64,000 bases of DNA from an uncultured delta proteobacterium (lineage in GTDB: Bacteria > Desulfobacterota > Syntrophobacteria > Syntrophobacterales > Syntrophobacteraceae). The stretch lies in the NCBI GenBank assembly GCA_963826655.1, contig CAWGZP010000186.1, positions 1,078-65,077 on the forward strand. Reading direction: 5' to 3'. A program made the translations under genes and the position numbers. A model generated the notes under the pieces. The model was not told where the DNA came from. It saw only the letters and a list, made by a program, of their open reading frames with translations, and searched no databases. Shown piece by piece: positions 18,055 through 29,392 of this stretch (the first letter of the stretch is position 1; each line of letters starts with the position of its first letter).

Positions 18055-18639
18055 ATGACACGGAAAAATGAACAAGTACGGTTCATTACGGGAGCAAAGA
18101 AGTGCCAGGGCGCGGCAAGCAATGCGGAAAGTGCCCGTTCTGCCGTAACGGGCGCCGGCAGCAGTAAGGTGTTGGTCGTCTACTACTCTCTTACCGGATG
18201 CACAAAAAGCATTGCAGAAAAGATACGGGAGAAAACCGGAGGCGATGTGATTGAAATTGAGACAGTAAGAAACTATCCGGCCGACTACTCCGGAATTATA
18301 GCAGAGGCCAAAAGGGAGTTGGAGGCGGGCCAATTGCCGGCGTTGAAGAAAAGCCCACCCGACATGTCATCTTACGATCTGATATTGGTCGGCAGTCCGG
18401 TATGGTGGTACACGGTATCAACGCCGGTAATGCGTTTTTTAAAACAGGCGGACTTTGCAGGCAAAAAAGTTTCCGCCTTTTTTACCCACGAGGGAGGGAT
18501 CGGGAAATGTTTCCCGCATTTCGAGGAGCAGGCCAAAAACGCCGTTGTCCTTGAAGGTTTTGACTTATACAAGCCGCAGCAAGCCAAGGAAGGGGAGGTA
18601 GATAAAGCTCTCGATTCCTGGCTCAGCAAGTTGCGATAA
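18055..18639 (+). CDS. Flavodoxin-family protein
   Basis: 'KVLVVYYSLTGCTKSIAEKI' and 'LILVGSPVWWYTVSTPVMRFL'. ATG 18055 is preceded by GGAGGAG. Confidence 0.75.
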   Translation: MTRKNEQVRFITGAKKCQGAASNAESARSAVTGAGSSKVLVVYYSLTGCTKSIAEKIREKTGGDVIEIETVRNYPADYSGIIAEAKRELEAGQLPALKKSPPDMSSYDLILVGSPVWWYTVSTPVMRFLKQADFAGKKVSAFFTHEGGIGKCFPHFEEQAKNAVVLEGFDLYKPQQAKEGEVDKALDSWLSKLR

Positions 18640-18759
18640 AAATAGCTTTGTTTCAGGTTATCCGTCATGCGCATTGCAGTCACAGTCCACGGAGATTTTC
18701 TTCAGGACATTGCACTACAATCTCGCTTAAGTGCGTGATTTCCGCAGGGAGGTACCAAT

Positions 18760-19920
18760 ATGCTTTACCGTGAGTTTGGAAAAACCGGCATCGAGGTGTC
18801 CGCTTTAGGTTTCGGCTGCATGCGTTTACCTCTTCTTGTCGCCGATGCAAAACTGGGCGCCGACGATGGAGCAATCGACGAACCTAAAGCCACCGAAATC
18901 CTACGTTGGGCCATCGACCAGGGAGTGAATTATGTCGATACCGCCTATCCGTATCACATGGGCAATAGCGAAATCTTTCTCGGTCGGGCACTGAAGGGCG
19001 GCTATCGGCAAAAAGTCAGTCTGGCTACGAAATTACCGAGTTGGCTGATCCAGTCCCGGGGAGATATGGATCGTTACCTGGATGAGCAACTGGGAAGACT
19101 TCAAACGGACACGATCGACTTTTACCTCGTGCATACGGTGAACAGATTATACTGGCCCAACTTGGTGCAGAACGGGATTTTCGATTTTCTTGATTCGGCG
19201 CTGTCGGACGGCAGGATACGTTTTGCCGGTTTTTCCTTTCACGACGAACTAGATATGTTCAAAGAGGCCCTCGACGCATATCCCTGGTCTTTCTGCCAGA
19301 TTCAATTCAACTATTTGGATGAGTACTACCAGGCGGGCAAGGAGGGTTTGCAGCTTGCGGTCGATCAGGGACTGGGAGTCGTGATAATGGAGCCACTCAA
19401 AGGAGGCAAACTGGCTTCCAACATTCCGCCTGCAGTTCAGGAGGTCTGGGACAGGGCGCGAATCAAGAGAAGTCCCGCCGAGTGGGCCTTGCGCTATCTA
19501 TGGGATTATCCCGGGATTAGCGTTGTCTTGAGCGGAATGAACGAAATGGCGCAGGTCGTCGAAAACATCCGAATCGCCGGTGAAGCTCGTGCGAACTCCC
19601 TGACAGCCGATGACAAGGAGTTCATTGAAAAGGCAAAAAGAATTTATCACGCGATAAAAAAAATAGATTGTACCAACTGCCGGTATTGCATGCCGTGTTC
19701 CTCGGCAGTCAATATTCCCATGTGCTTCACACTGTTCAATAACGCCCATATGCTGAACGACGTTGTCACGCAACGTATTTTCTACCGCACGCTTGTCGGT
19801 CCCGGCCACCAGGCCTCGAACTGTATCGAGTGCGGAGAGTGTGAAGATGCCTGCCCCCAACACATACCCATACGCGCGGCATTGAAAGAGGTAGCCGAAC
19901 TGCTGGAATCGGAAAATTGA
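18760..19920 (+). CDS. Aldo/keto reductase with C-terminal 4Fe-4S binding domain
   Basis: AKR N-terminus 'LGFGCMRLP ... VNYVDTAYPYHMGNSE'. Two C-terminal Cys clusters: 'CTNCRYCMPC' and 'CIECGECEDACP'. Confidence 0.8.
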   Translation: MLYREFGKTGIEVSALGFGCMRLPLLVADAKLGADDGAIDEPKATEILRWAIDQGVNYVDTAYPYHMGNSEIFLGRALKGGYRQKVSLATKLPSWLIQSRGDMDRYLDEQLGRLQTDTIDFYLVHTVNRLYWPNLVQNGIFDFLDSALSDGRIRFAGFSFHDELDMFKEALDAYPWSFCQIQFNYLDEYYQAGKEGLQLAVDQGLGVVIMEPLKGGKLASNIPPAVQEVWDRARIKRSPAEWALRYLWDYPGISVVLSGMNEMAQVVENIRIAGEARANSLTADDKEFIEKAKRIYHAIKKIDCTNCRYCMPCSSAVNIPMCFTLFNNAHMLNDVVTQRIFYRTLVGPGHQASNCIECGECEDACPQHIPIRAALKEVAELLESEN

Positions 19921-20066
19921 CCGGGATCGGATGAGTCCCTGCACTTAAACGCCGGTAATTGGCTGGGGAGTCCACGTTTTGGGAGTGCCTCCATACCCCG
20001 CCAGGCCCGATTGAAACGTGGAGCAGGATAATCCCTATCTTCAACTCAAAGAGAGGAATTTAATAA

Positions 20067-21074
<1,008 letters not shown>

Positions 21075-21137
21075 TCCGTGGAAAGGCCCTAACCATCGCA
21101 ACTAAGCGAGAAGACGTCAAGCGAGGTAGTACAAGTT

Positions 21138-21533
21138 ATGGAAATTAAACGAAGTGGCTCACAGCCTTCCGTCAAAGGACCTGCCGAGTATTTTACAGGC
21201 ACGGTACGTATTGACCCTTTGTTCCAGGCAAATGATCCGGCACGTGCGCTTGGCGCCAGCGTCACATTCGAGCCTGGCGCTCGGACGGCATGGCACACCC
21301 ATCCGCTCGGTCAGACACTGATCGTGACGGCTGGGTGCGGTCTCGTCCAGCGCTGGGGAGGTCCGATAGAGGAAATTCGGCCCGGTGACGTGATCTGGTT
21401 CCCGCCGGGTGAGAAACACTGGCACGGCGCCACGGCAACTGCGGCCATGACGCACATCGCCATTCAGGAACAACTCGACGGTAAAGTTGTCGAATGGATG
21501 GAAAAGGTCAGTGACGAGCAATACCGCAGGTGA
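21138..21533 (+). CDS. Cupin-domain protein (mandelonitrile-lyase-like)
   Basis: 131 aa with '[22 protein letters not shown] ... PGEKHWHGA'. Confidence 0.75.
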   Translation: MEIKRSGSQPSVKGPAEYFTGTVRIDPLFQANDPARALGASVTFEPGARTAWHTHPLGQTLIVTAGCGLVQRWGGPIEEIRPGDVIWFPPGEKHWHGATATAAMTHIAIQEQLDGKVVEWMEKVSDEQYRR

Positions 21534-21652
21534 GCTTGCGCTTTTTACGGGAGGCGGCGCGGTATTTATTTGGCGCAGTCTGGGCGCCGGCGGAAAGAAA
21601 CCGGTATGGTGGCCGCACAAAACCCGAAAGAATCGAATGAAGGAGTCGAAAG

Positions 21653-22687
21653 GTGAAAGCAATCATTTTTCACGCACCAGGGGATGTGCGCATTGAGGAA
21701 GTACCCGACCCGGCGATCAAGGAACCGACCGACGCTATTGTTCGTGTGACCCACGCCTGCATCTGCGGATCGGATCTGTGGTTTTACAGGGGCCTTACGC
21801 CCTACGAGCCGGGCTGGCGAACGGGACATGAGTGGATGGGAATTGTGGAGGAGGCCGGTCCCGGGGTCCACACCATCAAGAAGGGGGACCGGGTGATTGC
21901 TCCTTTCGCTTTTTCCGACAGAGACTGTGAATTCTGCCGGAAGGGCCTGCAGACCTCGTGCATTAACGTGGGTTTCTGGGGAACGAAAAACGACGGGGGG
22001 CAGGGTGAAATGGTTCGCGCCCCGTATGCCGACGCCAATCTGGTGGTTTTGCCCCAAACTATCGAAAATGATGCCGCGATGCTGAAGGCCGTGTTGCCTC
22101 TCACCGATGTACTGGGGACAGGGCACCATGCGGCCGTCTCCGCGGGCGTCTGCAAAGGCGCGATGATTGCCGTTGTCGGAGATGGAGCGGTGGGATTGTG
22201 CGGTGTCCTTGCGGCGCGCAGGCTCGGCGCTGGGCGCATCATCGTCCTGGGACATCGACCTGGACGCATGGAACTGGCCCAAAGATTCGGCGCAACCGAC
22301 CTCGTCATGAGCGGCGGCGATGAAGCAATCGGCGGAGTGCTGGAAATGACCAAAGGCGGGGCCGATGCCGTGCTCGAATGCGTGGGAACGAGCGATTCCC
22401 TGAACACCGCGATCGGTATCTGTCGCCCCGGTTGCAGGGTGGGCTTCGTTGGGGTGCCTCATCACAGCGCGGCGATGGACTTAAGAAGAATGTTCTCCCA
22501 GAACATTGCCCTGCAAGGTGGCGTTGCGCCGGTGCGCGCTTATATCCCCGAGCTTCTGCCCGATGTGCTGGCCGGCCGGCTCGATCCTTCCCCGGTCCTG
22601 GACCTCACCGTCGACCTCGCCGGCGTGCCCGAAGGCTACCGGGCGATGGATACGCGTGAGGCCATCAAGGTGATGGTCATGGTATGA
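21653..22687 (+). CDS. Zinc-dependent alcohol dehydrogenase family protein
   Basis: 'CGSDLWFY', 'GHEWMGIV', 'DRDCEFCRKGLQTSC' and NAD motif 'VVGDGAVGL'. Confidence 0.85.
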   Translation: MKAIIFHAPGDVRIEEVPDPAIKEPTDAIVRVTHACICGSDLWFYRGLTPYEPGWRTGHEWMGIVEEAGPGVHTIKKGDRVIAPFAFSDRDCEFCRKGLQTSCINVGFWGTKNDGGQGEMVRAPYADANLVVLPQTIENDAAMLKAVLPLTDVLGTGHHAAVSAGVCKGAMIAVVGDGAVGLCGVLAARRLGAGRIIVLGHRPGRMELAQRFGATDLVMSGGDEAIGGVLEMTKGGADAVLECVGTSDSLNTAIGICRPGCRVGFVGVPHHSAAMDLRRMFSQNIALQGGVAPVRAYIPELLPDVLAGRLDPSPVLDLTVDLAGVPEGYRAMDTREAIKVMVMV

Positions 22688-22770
22688 CCATCGGTTTAGG
22701 GGCGTTTGGCCTTCCGGCGCTCGGCGCAGGTCACAAATCAAGCGGTTGATATCATGAATAAAACGGCGAT

Positions 22771-23052
22771 TTGGACAAGCTGAAAGAAGCCCTGGACGAC
22801 ATCTTCGGGCGTGACAACCTGGATTTCCAGAGCATGGAGATCTCGACCATATCCGCCCTTGCCAGTATGGAGGGTGTCAACCCCCAACTGCAGGCCCACT
22901 TTAACATCGGGTTCAATACCGGCCTGACCGAGGACCAGATGAAGAGCCTGATATCCGTGCTTGCGGCTAAGGTCGGCAAGAAAGAAGCCGATAATGCCTA
23001 TGAAGCATTAGGTAAGGTACTGAGCACCAGGGCGAGCAAGGCCCCGAGCTGA
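22771..23052 (+). CDS. Carboxymuconolactone decarboxylase (CMD) family protein
   Basis: '...STISALASMEGVNPQLQAHFNIGFNTGLTEDQMKSLISVLA'. An ATG at 22754 (MNKTAI) would join in frame if the TTT run at 22770-22772 were one T longer. Confidence 0.55.
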   Translation: MDKLKEALDDIFGRDNLDFQSMEISTISALASMEGVNPQLQAHFNIGFNTGLTEDQMKSLISVLAAKVGKKEADNAYEALGKVLSTRASKAPS

Positions 23053-23121
23053 AATAATCCAAACCCCCGGGACAACGTCTCGAAATGAGTTTTTATCCTC
23101 TTGAGGACTGGAAAGTGCAAC

Positions 23122-23613
23122 TCAATTGCCCTCGATTTTCCTCACCGCTTCCCGGTGAGCCCGTTGCACGAGTTCCTTTTTACAAAACTCCTCAAAACTT
23201 TTTACCAGGAAGTTTGGCACGAAACGGGGGTTCTTCAGGTATCCGAGGTTTGCCTGGATAAACTCATTCTTCATTATATCCGATGTCTTTTCGACATCTT
23301 TCCCGTCTATGAAGTTCCGCACCTTAACGGTCTGGAACTCAATGGGACCGGGGCCGGCAAGCGATAAAAACCGCAAAAGGGCGCCTGACGGATCGGGATA
23401 GCTGCTGAAATGCTCCTTCGTCGGTTCCACAGGCACCCGAATCAGCAACTGGACCTGGCAGCGACCCGCAACAGGCGGGCTGGTCCGCTCAGTGAAATAG
23501 ACGCTCAGGCCGTTTTCGAGACTCAGGTTGCCGAGTGTTCGCTCTTTGGATTCCATTGATTCCTGCTCCTTCTGAGATAAACTATGGCTATGAGAAAACC
23601 ACGCCTTACTCAT
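23122..23613 (-). CDS. Hypothetical protein
   Basis: 163-aa ORF with protein-like composition. I recognise no motif. Confidence 0.4.
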   Translation of the reverse strand: MSKAWFSHSHSLSQKEQESMESKERTLGNLSLENGLSVYFTERTSPPVAGRCQVQLLIRVPVEPTKEHFSSYPDPSGALLRFLSLAGPGPIEFQTVKVRNFIDGKDVEKTSDIMKNEFIQANLGYLKNPRFVPNFLVKSFEEFCKKELVQRAHREAVRKIEGN

Positions 23614-23742
23614 AGATCAGAGCATGCCCGGCTATTGCAAGTCAAGCAGCGTAGCGACAATAAGATCGAATCCCGACGCTCCTTTACAAGGAGATCAACG
23701 GTCAAATAAACTCCAAACCGGTGCGAGCGGGCAACAGCGAGG

Positions 23743-23771
23743 TTGACTCGGGCTCGCCGAAAAGCTATTAA
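23743..23771 (+). promoter_or_regulatory. Candidate sigma70 promoter for the oxidoreductase gamma/delta genes
   Basis: TTGACT (23743-23748), a 17-nt spacer, then TATTAA (23766-23771). It lies about 60 nt upstream of ATG 23829. Confidence 0.4.
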
Positions 23772-23828
23772 TTCTGCGTAAAAATACTAATCGGCCGACA
23801 CATCGGAGAAAACGGGGCAACTGGCGAA

Positions 23829-24422
23829 ATGAACAATAAATACATCGAGGTGAGATGGCACGGCCGCGGTGGCCAGGGCGCGGTCACGGCCGCTGAAATC
23901 CTTGCCGAAGCCGCTTATGAAGAAGGATACAAGGGCGTTACAGCGGCTCCGTTCTTCGGGGCTGAAAGAAGAGGCGCCCCAGTCATCGCCACCAACAGGT
24001 TCGCACGCGAGCAGGTGAGGACTTTCTCCCTGGTGCAGAATCCCTGCGTCGTAGTGGTGCTGGACCAGTCAATACTGCGGGTGGTAAACGTTTCAGCCGG
24101 GGTCGAGCCGGATGGCATCGTTCTCATAAACAGCAGGAAATCGCCCGATCAGATCGCGTTGGCATCCCCTACGCGGGTTGCGGTTACCGACGCAACACAA
24201 TGGGCTACAAAAGCGGGTCTTGTCATCTCCGGGACCGTCCTGTGCAATACGGCCATTCTTGGCGGTTTTTCGAGAGCGACCGAACTTGTCAGCATGCACA
24301 GTATCGAAAAGGCCCTGAGAAATCATTTCAAGGGAGATGCCGCCGAAAAGAATGTCCTCGGCGCCAGGTTGGCCTACGAGGGAACCACTATATCGTGGTC
24401 CCGCAGCAAAGCCTGCTCCTGA
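23829..24422 (+). CDS. 2-oxoacid:ferredoxin oxidoreductase, gamma subunit
   Basis: 'IEVRWHGRGGQGAVTAAEILAEAAYEEGY ... APFFGAERRGAPV' is the POR gamma signature. Confidence 0.8.
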   Translation: MNNKYIEVRWHGRGGQGAVTAAEILAEAAYEEGYKGVTAAPFFGAERRGAPVIATNRFAREQVRTFSLVQNPCVVVVLDQSILRVVNVSAGVEPDGIVLINSRKSPDQIALASPTRVAVTDATQWATKAGLVISGTVLCNTAILGGFSRATELVSMHSIEKALRNHFKGDAAEKNVLGARLAYEGTTISWSRSKACS

Positions 24423-24497
24423 TATTTTGACCGGAAAGATCTGCTGATTCCGGCGGTCTGCATAAGTGCCCGCCGTGCAGGATACTGAAGGATTACC

Positions 24498-24800
24498 ATG
24501 GAATATAATAAAGCTCACGAAGACCCATTTACGGTTGCGAGATCAAAACTTTGCGAGGCCGAAGCCGGGAAGACCGGCGACTGGAGATCGTCTCGGCCTG
24601 AGATAGATTCTTCGAAATGTGTTGCCTCCAGAACAGGGCGGTCGTCTTGCTTTCTTTGCTGGATGTATTGCCCCGAGGGGATCGTGAAGAGGTCCATCCC
24701 GGTGGAAATCGACTATGATTACTGCAAGGGATGCGGCATATGCGCTGAAGAGTGCCCGGCTAAAGCAATCAAAATGGTTGACGAGCAAACAGCCGATTAG
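24498..24800 (+). CDS. 2-oxoacid:ferredoxin oxidoreductase, delta subunit (2x[4Fe-4S] ferredoxin)
   Basis: 'GDWRSSRPEIDSSKC ... CFLCWMYCPEG ... DYDYCKGCGICAEECP'. Confidence 0.8.
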   Translation: MEYNKAHEDPFTVARSKLCEAEAGKTGDWRSSRPEIDSSKCVASRTGRSSCFLCWMYCPEGIVKRSIPVEIDYDYCKGCGICAEECPAKAIKMVDEQTAD

Positions 24801-25009
24801 TCGCCCGGCTCTTTTCTGAGAAGGGGCTCCATCCGCTCCAAAGCATCCCGCCCCGTCTTTCGAAACGGCGGTATAGAATATCCACTTTCTTCCAACGGAT
24901 CTGCGTAAGCAGATATCTCTGCCTTTTTCCACATTTCAGACAAAATGCAGTATGATAACATTTGATGACACGGTGCATATTATTAAAGGGTAGGTCCTGC
25001 CGATAGGTT

Positions 25010-28000
25010 TTGGGGCCGATCTGTTCACCTGTTATGCATGGTGGAAATGGGATGACACGCAGCAAGAAAACAACTCGAAACGGTTTCGAAAGCGAACCCG
25101 CAGCAGAGTCCTTCGCTATTGTCGCCCTCGGAGCTTCCGCAGGAGGCCTCGAGGCGCTTCAGGGTTTCTTCGATCGGATGCCGCCCGGCTCAGGCATGGC
25201 TTTTATAGTGATTCAGCATTTGAGCCCCAAGGGAAAGAGCCTGCTGAGAGAAATTTTACAGAAGCACACATTGATGAAGGTGGCGACTGCTGAAGACCGG
25301 ATGCGGGTCGAACCGAACTGCGTCTATTTAAACCCGGCGGGCAAGGCCGTCGAGATTTCCAGCGGAGAATTCCGGGTTACTGAATTAGTAAAGACACACG
25401 GAATCAGCTTTCCGATCGATCACTTCTTTCGTTCCCTGGCGGCAGACCAGGGAGAAAGGGCCATTTGTGTGATCCTGTCGGGGACCGGGAGTGACGGCGC
25501 TCTCGGGGTCGGAGCAATTAAAGAATCCGGCGGAATGACCATTGTCCAGGCGCCCGAAGACGCGAAATATGACGGCATGCCCAGGAGCGCCATAGATGGG
25601 GGATCGGTAGACCACATCCTCCCCGTGGGAAGTATCCCCGGAGAACTTCTCAGCTATGTGAAACAACCCTATGTCAGGATTCCGGCACAGGTTGGGGCAA
25701 GGGCTGAATCCGAGGCTGAAGAGAACCTTTTTACCAGTTACGTCCAGAAAATATTGCTGTTGCTTCGCACAGTCACGGGGAGAGACTTCACCCTTTATAA
25801 AAAGAGCACTATCCGGCGCAGGATCAGACGGCGGATGGCCGTCCACAGGATCGAGAATATAAAGGACTATTACCGGTATCTGCAGGAGAACTCTGCCGAA
25901 GTAAACCTCCTCCTGAAAGAATTCCTCATACTTGTAACGAGCTTTTTCCGTGACCCCAGGGCATTTGATGTGCTGGCATCCACGGTGATGCCGGATATAT
26001 TCGTACACAAGGAGGAGAGGGCGCCGGTTCGGGTATGGGTGCCGGGCTGCGCAACCGGAGAGGAAGCCGTCTCCATCGCTATGCTCATGGTCGAAGCCGG
26101 GGAGAGGCTAAACAAGCACATGCCCATACAGGTTTTTGCAACCGATATCGATCCAGAGGCGATTGATCGCGCCAGGAGGGCCGAATATCCCCGGAGCATC
26201 GCCGCCGATGTTTCCCCTGAGCGGTTGAAACGTTTCTTCATAAAGGGAGACGGTACGTACAGGGTCAAAAAAGAGATTCGGGACAGAGTGGTCTTTGCCG
26301 TCCAGGATCTTGTGACCGATCCGCCATTCTCAAAGCTGGACATGATCGCCTGCCGCAATGTGCTGATCTACATGGACGCGCCGCTCCAAAAGAAGTTACT
26401 GCCTCTCTTTCACTTCACTTTGAATCAGGATGGATACCTTTTTCTGGGAGCATCGGAATCTATTGGAGAATTTGTAACCCTTTTTGCTCCGGTCGATATC
26501 AAGGCCAAAATCTATAAGGCCAAGAAGCTGTTCCCCCGGCAGATTGTCCCCCGGCTTTTACAGGCCGAGGTCTCCCATTCCGGCCCAATACATAGTGGAA
26601 ATGACGGACTTGAAACAATGAGCGTTCAGGAGATTGTGGAAAAGACTATACTCGATGAGTATGCTCCGCCGTGTATTCTCGTCGACGATAAATACGACAT
26701 TATTTATTTTCACGGAGCTATCGGCAGATATCTCCCCTACCCCCAAGGGGCGCCGACCTACAACGTCTTGAAGCTCTCTCCCGATCCATTGCGCCACAGA
26801 CTGCCTCTGGCGCTGCAAAAGGCTGTGAAAGACAATGAGGTCTCGGTGCTCAAGGGAATACGGATCAAAAGCGGGGAGAAGCCCAGGACCGTCGATGTCA
26901 CCATCAGGCCATTGCGCAGGGTGGGAAACGCTCATGCTCTGGCGCTTATCATATTTGCCGATAAGCCCGAGTCAAAAGCCGGTGTACGAAAGAAAAGCCG
27001 GCCCGACGGCCAGGCGTTGGACCCAAATTTCATTGAGATCGAACGGGAGCTTCAATCCACTAAGGATAATCTTCAATCTGTAATCGAGGAACTCGAGGCG
27101 GCAAACGAGGAACTAAAATCTACCAATGAAGAGATCCAATCGACCAACGAAGAACTCCAGAGCATGAACGAAGAGTTGGAGACCGCCAAGGAAGAACTCC
27201 AGTCCACAAACGAAGAATTGGTGACCGTCAACTCTGAGCTTCAGGCCAAAGTCGATGAACTCACAGAAGCAAACAACGACATCAACAATCTCCTGGCAAG
27301 CACCGAAATCGGCACCATCTTTCTGGATGCTCATTTGGGCATCAAACGCTTTACACCTTCCATGACGAAGTTGTTCCATCTGCTCCCGTCCGATATCGGC
27401 AGGTCTCTGAAAGATTTCCAAACCAATATCGTCTACCCGGATCTTTGCGGCGATGCCGAAGCCGTACTGGAAACTCTTCAAACAAGGGAAGTCGAAGTGC
27501 GGGCGGGAGATAATAAGTGGTTTTCGATGCGAATTATCCCTTACCGCACGAAAGAGAACGTGATCGACGGCGTCGTGATCACCTTTGTCGACGTGACCGA
27601 ACGTAAGGATGCCGAAGAGTTGATCCTGGAAGCCAAGGTCTATGCCGAATCCATCGTGAATACGGTACGCGCCCCCCTTTTGACGCTTGACTCCGAGTTC
27701 AGGGTGGTCTCGGCCAACAGGCAATTTTATCGCATTTTTAAAACGATTCGAGAAGAGACGGAAAACAGACGTCTCTTCGATCTTGGAAACGGGCAGTGGG
27801 ACAACCCCGGACTTCGCGAATTGCTCGACCGTATCCTGACAGATGGGACTGCACTCGATGATTTCGAAGTCGAACATCGGCTCCCTTTGACCGGGTCAAA
27901 AAGGATGCTTATTAATGCCCGTAAGCTTGAGAGAGGCAATAACCGCCCGGAGTTGATCCTGCTTTCCTTCGAAGACTTGACACCCAAGGATGCCGAGGTC

Positions 28001-28051
28001 GCGGAACTCAAGGCCACCATAAAGAAACTGGAGACCCCGATCGATAGATGA
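25010..28051 (+). CDS. CheB methylesterase - CheR methyltransferase - coiled coil - PAS fusion protein
   Basis: CheB region 'IVALGASAGGLEAL ... FIVIQHL ... ILSGTGSDG'. CheR SAM site 'VRVWVPGCATGEEAVSIA'. Heptad coiled coil 'NEELKSTNEEIQSTNEELQSMNEELETAKEELQSTNEEL'. PAS C-terminus. The likely start is ATG 25052. Confidence 0.85.
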   Translation: MGPICSPVMHGGNGMTRSKKTTRNGFESEPAAESFAIVALGASAGGLEALQGFFDRMPPGSGMAFIVIQHLSPKGKSLLREILQKHTLMKVATAEDRMRVEPNCVYLNPAGKAVEISSGEFRVTELVKTHGISFPIDHFFRSLAADQGERAICVILSGTGSDGALGVGAIKESGGMTIVQAPEDAKYDGMPRSAIDGGSVDHILPVGSIPGELLSYVKQPYVRIPAQVGARAESEAEENLFTSYVQKILLLLRTVTGRDFTLYKKSTIRRRIRRRMAVHRIENIKDYYRYLQENSAEVNLLLKEFLILVTSFFRDPRAFDVLASTVMPDIFVHKEERAPVRVWVPGCATGEEAVSIAMLMVEAGERLNKHMPIQVFATDIDPEAIDRARRAEYPRSIAADVSPERLKRFFIKGDGTYRVKKEIRDRVVFAVQDLVTDPPFSKLDMIACRNVLIYMDAPLQKKLLPLFHFTLNQDGYLFLGASESIGEFVTLFAPVDIKAKIYKAKKLFPRQIVPRLLQAEVSHSGPIHSGNDGLETMSVQEIVEKTILDEYAPPCILVDDKYDIIYFHGAIGRYLPYPQGAPTYNVLKLSPDPLRHRLPLALQKAVKDNEVSVLKGIRIKSGEKPRTVDVTIRPLRRVGNAHALALIIFADKPESKAGVRKKSRPDGQALDPNFIEIERELQSTKDNLQSVIEELEAANEELKSTNEEIQSTNEELQSMNEELETAKEELQSTNEELVTVNSELQAKVDELTEANNDINNLLASTEIGTIFLDAHLGIKRFTPSMTKLFHLLPSDIGRSLKDFQTNIVYPDLCGDAEAVLETLQTREVEVRAGDNKWFSMRIIPYRTKENVIDGVVITFVDVTERKDAEELILEAKVYAESIVNTVRAPLLTLDSEFRVVSANRQFYRIFKTIREETENRRLFDLGNGQWDNPGLRELLDRILTDGTALDDFEVEHRLPLTGSKRMLINARKLERGNNRPELILLSFEDLTPKDAEVAELKATIKKLETPIDR

Positions 28052-28147
28052 AATATGCCCTGCCGTGTTCTCCGAAGAGACGAGGCACGAACTGGATTGA
28101 GCCGATTTTTTCATTTCCCGGTCTTTCATCCAGGTTTAGGAGAAACG

Positions 28148-29392
28148 ATGAAAAGGTTCAAGAAAACAGAAGTGAAGGAGGAACTTCGGACGAAGGCTGA
28201 GAAATCGATAGCCTCGGAGGAGATATCTGAAGATATGGAATCCGATTGCGACGCGAGCCTTGTACATGAATTGCGGGTTCACCAGGTGGAATTGGAGATG
28301 CAAAATGAGGAGTTGCGTCGAGTGCAGGCAGAGATTGAGGAATCGAGGGCACGCTATGCCGATCTCTACGATTTCGCTCCAGTGGGCTATCTCACGATCG
28401 ATGAGAGCGGAGTGGTAGTGGAAGCTAACCTCACCCTGGCCAGGCAACTCGGTATCGAAAGGTCTTCGCTCCTCAATAAGCCTTTTTATCGTTTCTTTGG
28501 ACAAGACGGCGAGACAATACGTACGCATTTTCGGACGGTGTTCAAGACCCGCAAGGGCCAGGCCTGTGAAGTGCTGTTGACGGCGAAAAACGGCGGGCAG
28601 ATTCCCGCGCGGCTGGAGAGCATAGTTATTACGGATAACAATGGCGTAAAAAGCTGCAGAACGAACGTGATCGATATCACTCTTGCCAGGCAGGCGGAGG
28701 AGGCAATACGAAAATCGCGCGATGAACTGGCGCAGATCCCCGGCAGACTTTTAGCCTCGCAGGAGGAGGACAGAAAACGGTTGGCAGGTGAACTGCACGA
28801 TAGTATCGGGCAGACTCTGGCCGCCCTCAAGTTTCGAATCGAGCACGTCATGGCCATCTTGAAAGTCGGGAAACCCGAAGAAGCACTGGGGCTCCTCGAA
28901 CAGTTTATTCCTACACTTCAATTTTCGATTGACGAAACGCGAACCATATATATGGGTCTAAGGCCCAGGTTGCTGGATGATTTTGGTGTTATCGCCGCTG
29001 TGAACTGGTACCGCCAGGAACTCATGAAACTTTATCCCGGCTTTCACATCGAACCTGAGATAAGAGTTGAAGAAACCGATATCCCCGAGCAACTGAAAAT
29101 TGCGATATTTCGTGTCAGCCAGGAAGCCATGAACAATATCGCCAAACATGCCGGAGCCGAATGGGTAGACCTCGTTCTGGTGAAGCGTCATCGGGTGATC
29201 GAACTTAGCATAACAGACGATGGAATCGGGTTTGACCCGGACGATAAGTTTGTCAGCGCGGGTTCATACGGGCTATCCGGGATGAAGGAAAGGACCGAAC
29301 AAACGGGAGGAAGATTCAGTGTCGAATCCGTTCCCGGCAAGGGCACTACAGTAAGAGCTGTTTGGGGACTTGCGGAAGTGGATAACGATTGA
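28148..29392 (+). CDS. PAS-domain sensor histidine kinase (HisKA_3 + HATPase_c)
   Basis: Coiled coil plus PAS ('YDFAPVGYLTIDESG'), H-box 'LAGELHDSIGQTL', and ATPase 'ITDDGIGF ... YGLSGMKERTEQTGG'. ATG 28148 is preceded by AGGAG. Confidence 0.8.
   Translation: MKRFKKTEVKEELRTKAEKSIASEEISEDMESDCDASLVHELRVHQVELEMQNEELRRVQAEIEESRARYADLYDFAPVGYLTIDESGVVVEANLTLARQLGIERSSLLNKPFYRFFGQDGETIRTHFRTVFKTRKGQACEVLLTAKNGGQIPARLESIVITDNNGVKSCRTNVIDITLARQAEEAIRKSRDELAQIPGRLLASQEEDRKRLAGELHDSIGQTLAALKFRIEHVMAILKVGKPEEALGLLEQFIPTLQFSIDETRTIYMGLRPRLLDDFGVIAAVNWYRQELMKLYPGFHIEPEIRVEETDIPEQLKIAIFRVSQEAMNNIAKHAGAEWVDLVLVKRHRVIELSITDDGIGFDPDDKFVSAGSYGLSGMKERTEQTGGRFSVESVPGKGTTVRAVWGLAEVDND

Noticed and set aside
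21566-22465. 299-aa and 201-aa minus-strand ORFs overlapping the Zn-ADH
   Set aside because: The reasoning is the same. The ADH frame has Zn-binding and NAD motifs, and the antisense frames are compositional artefacts.
27113-27877. 254-aa minus-strand ORF inside the CheB-CheR-PAS gene
   Set aside because: It is antisense to the heptad coiled-coil/PAS coding region and repetitive because the sense strand is repetitive.
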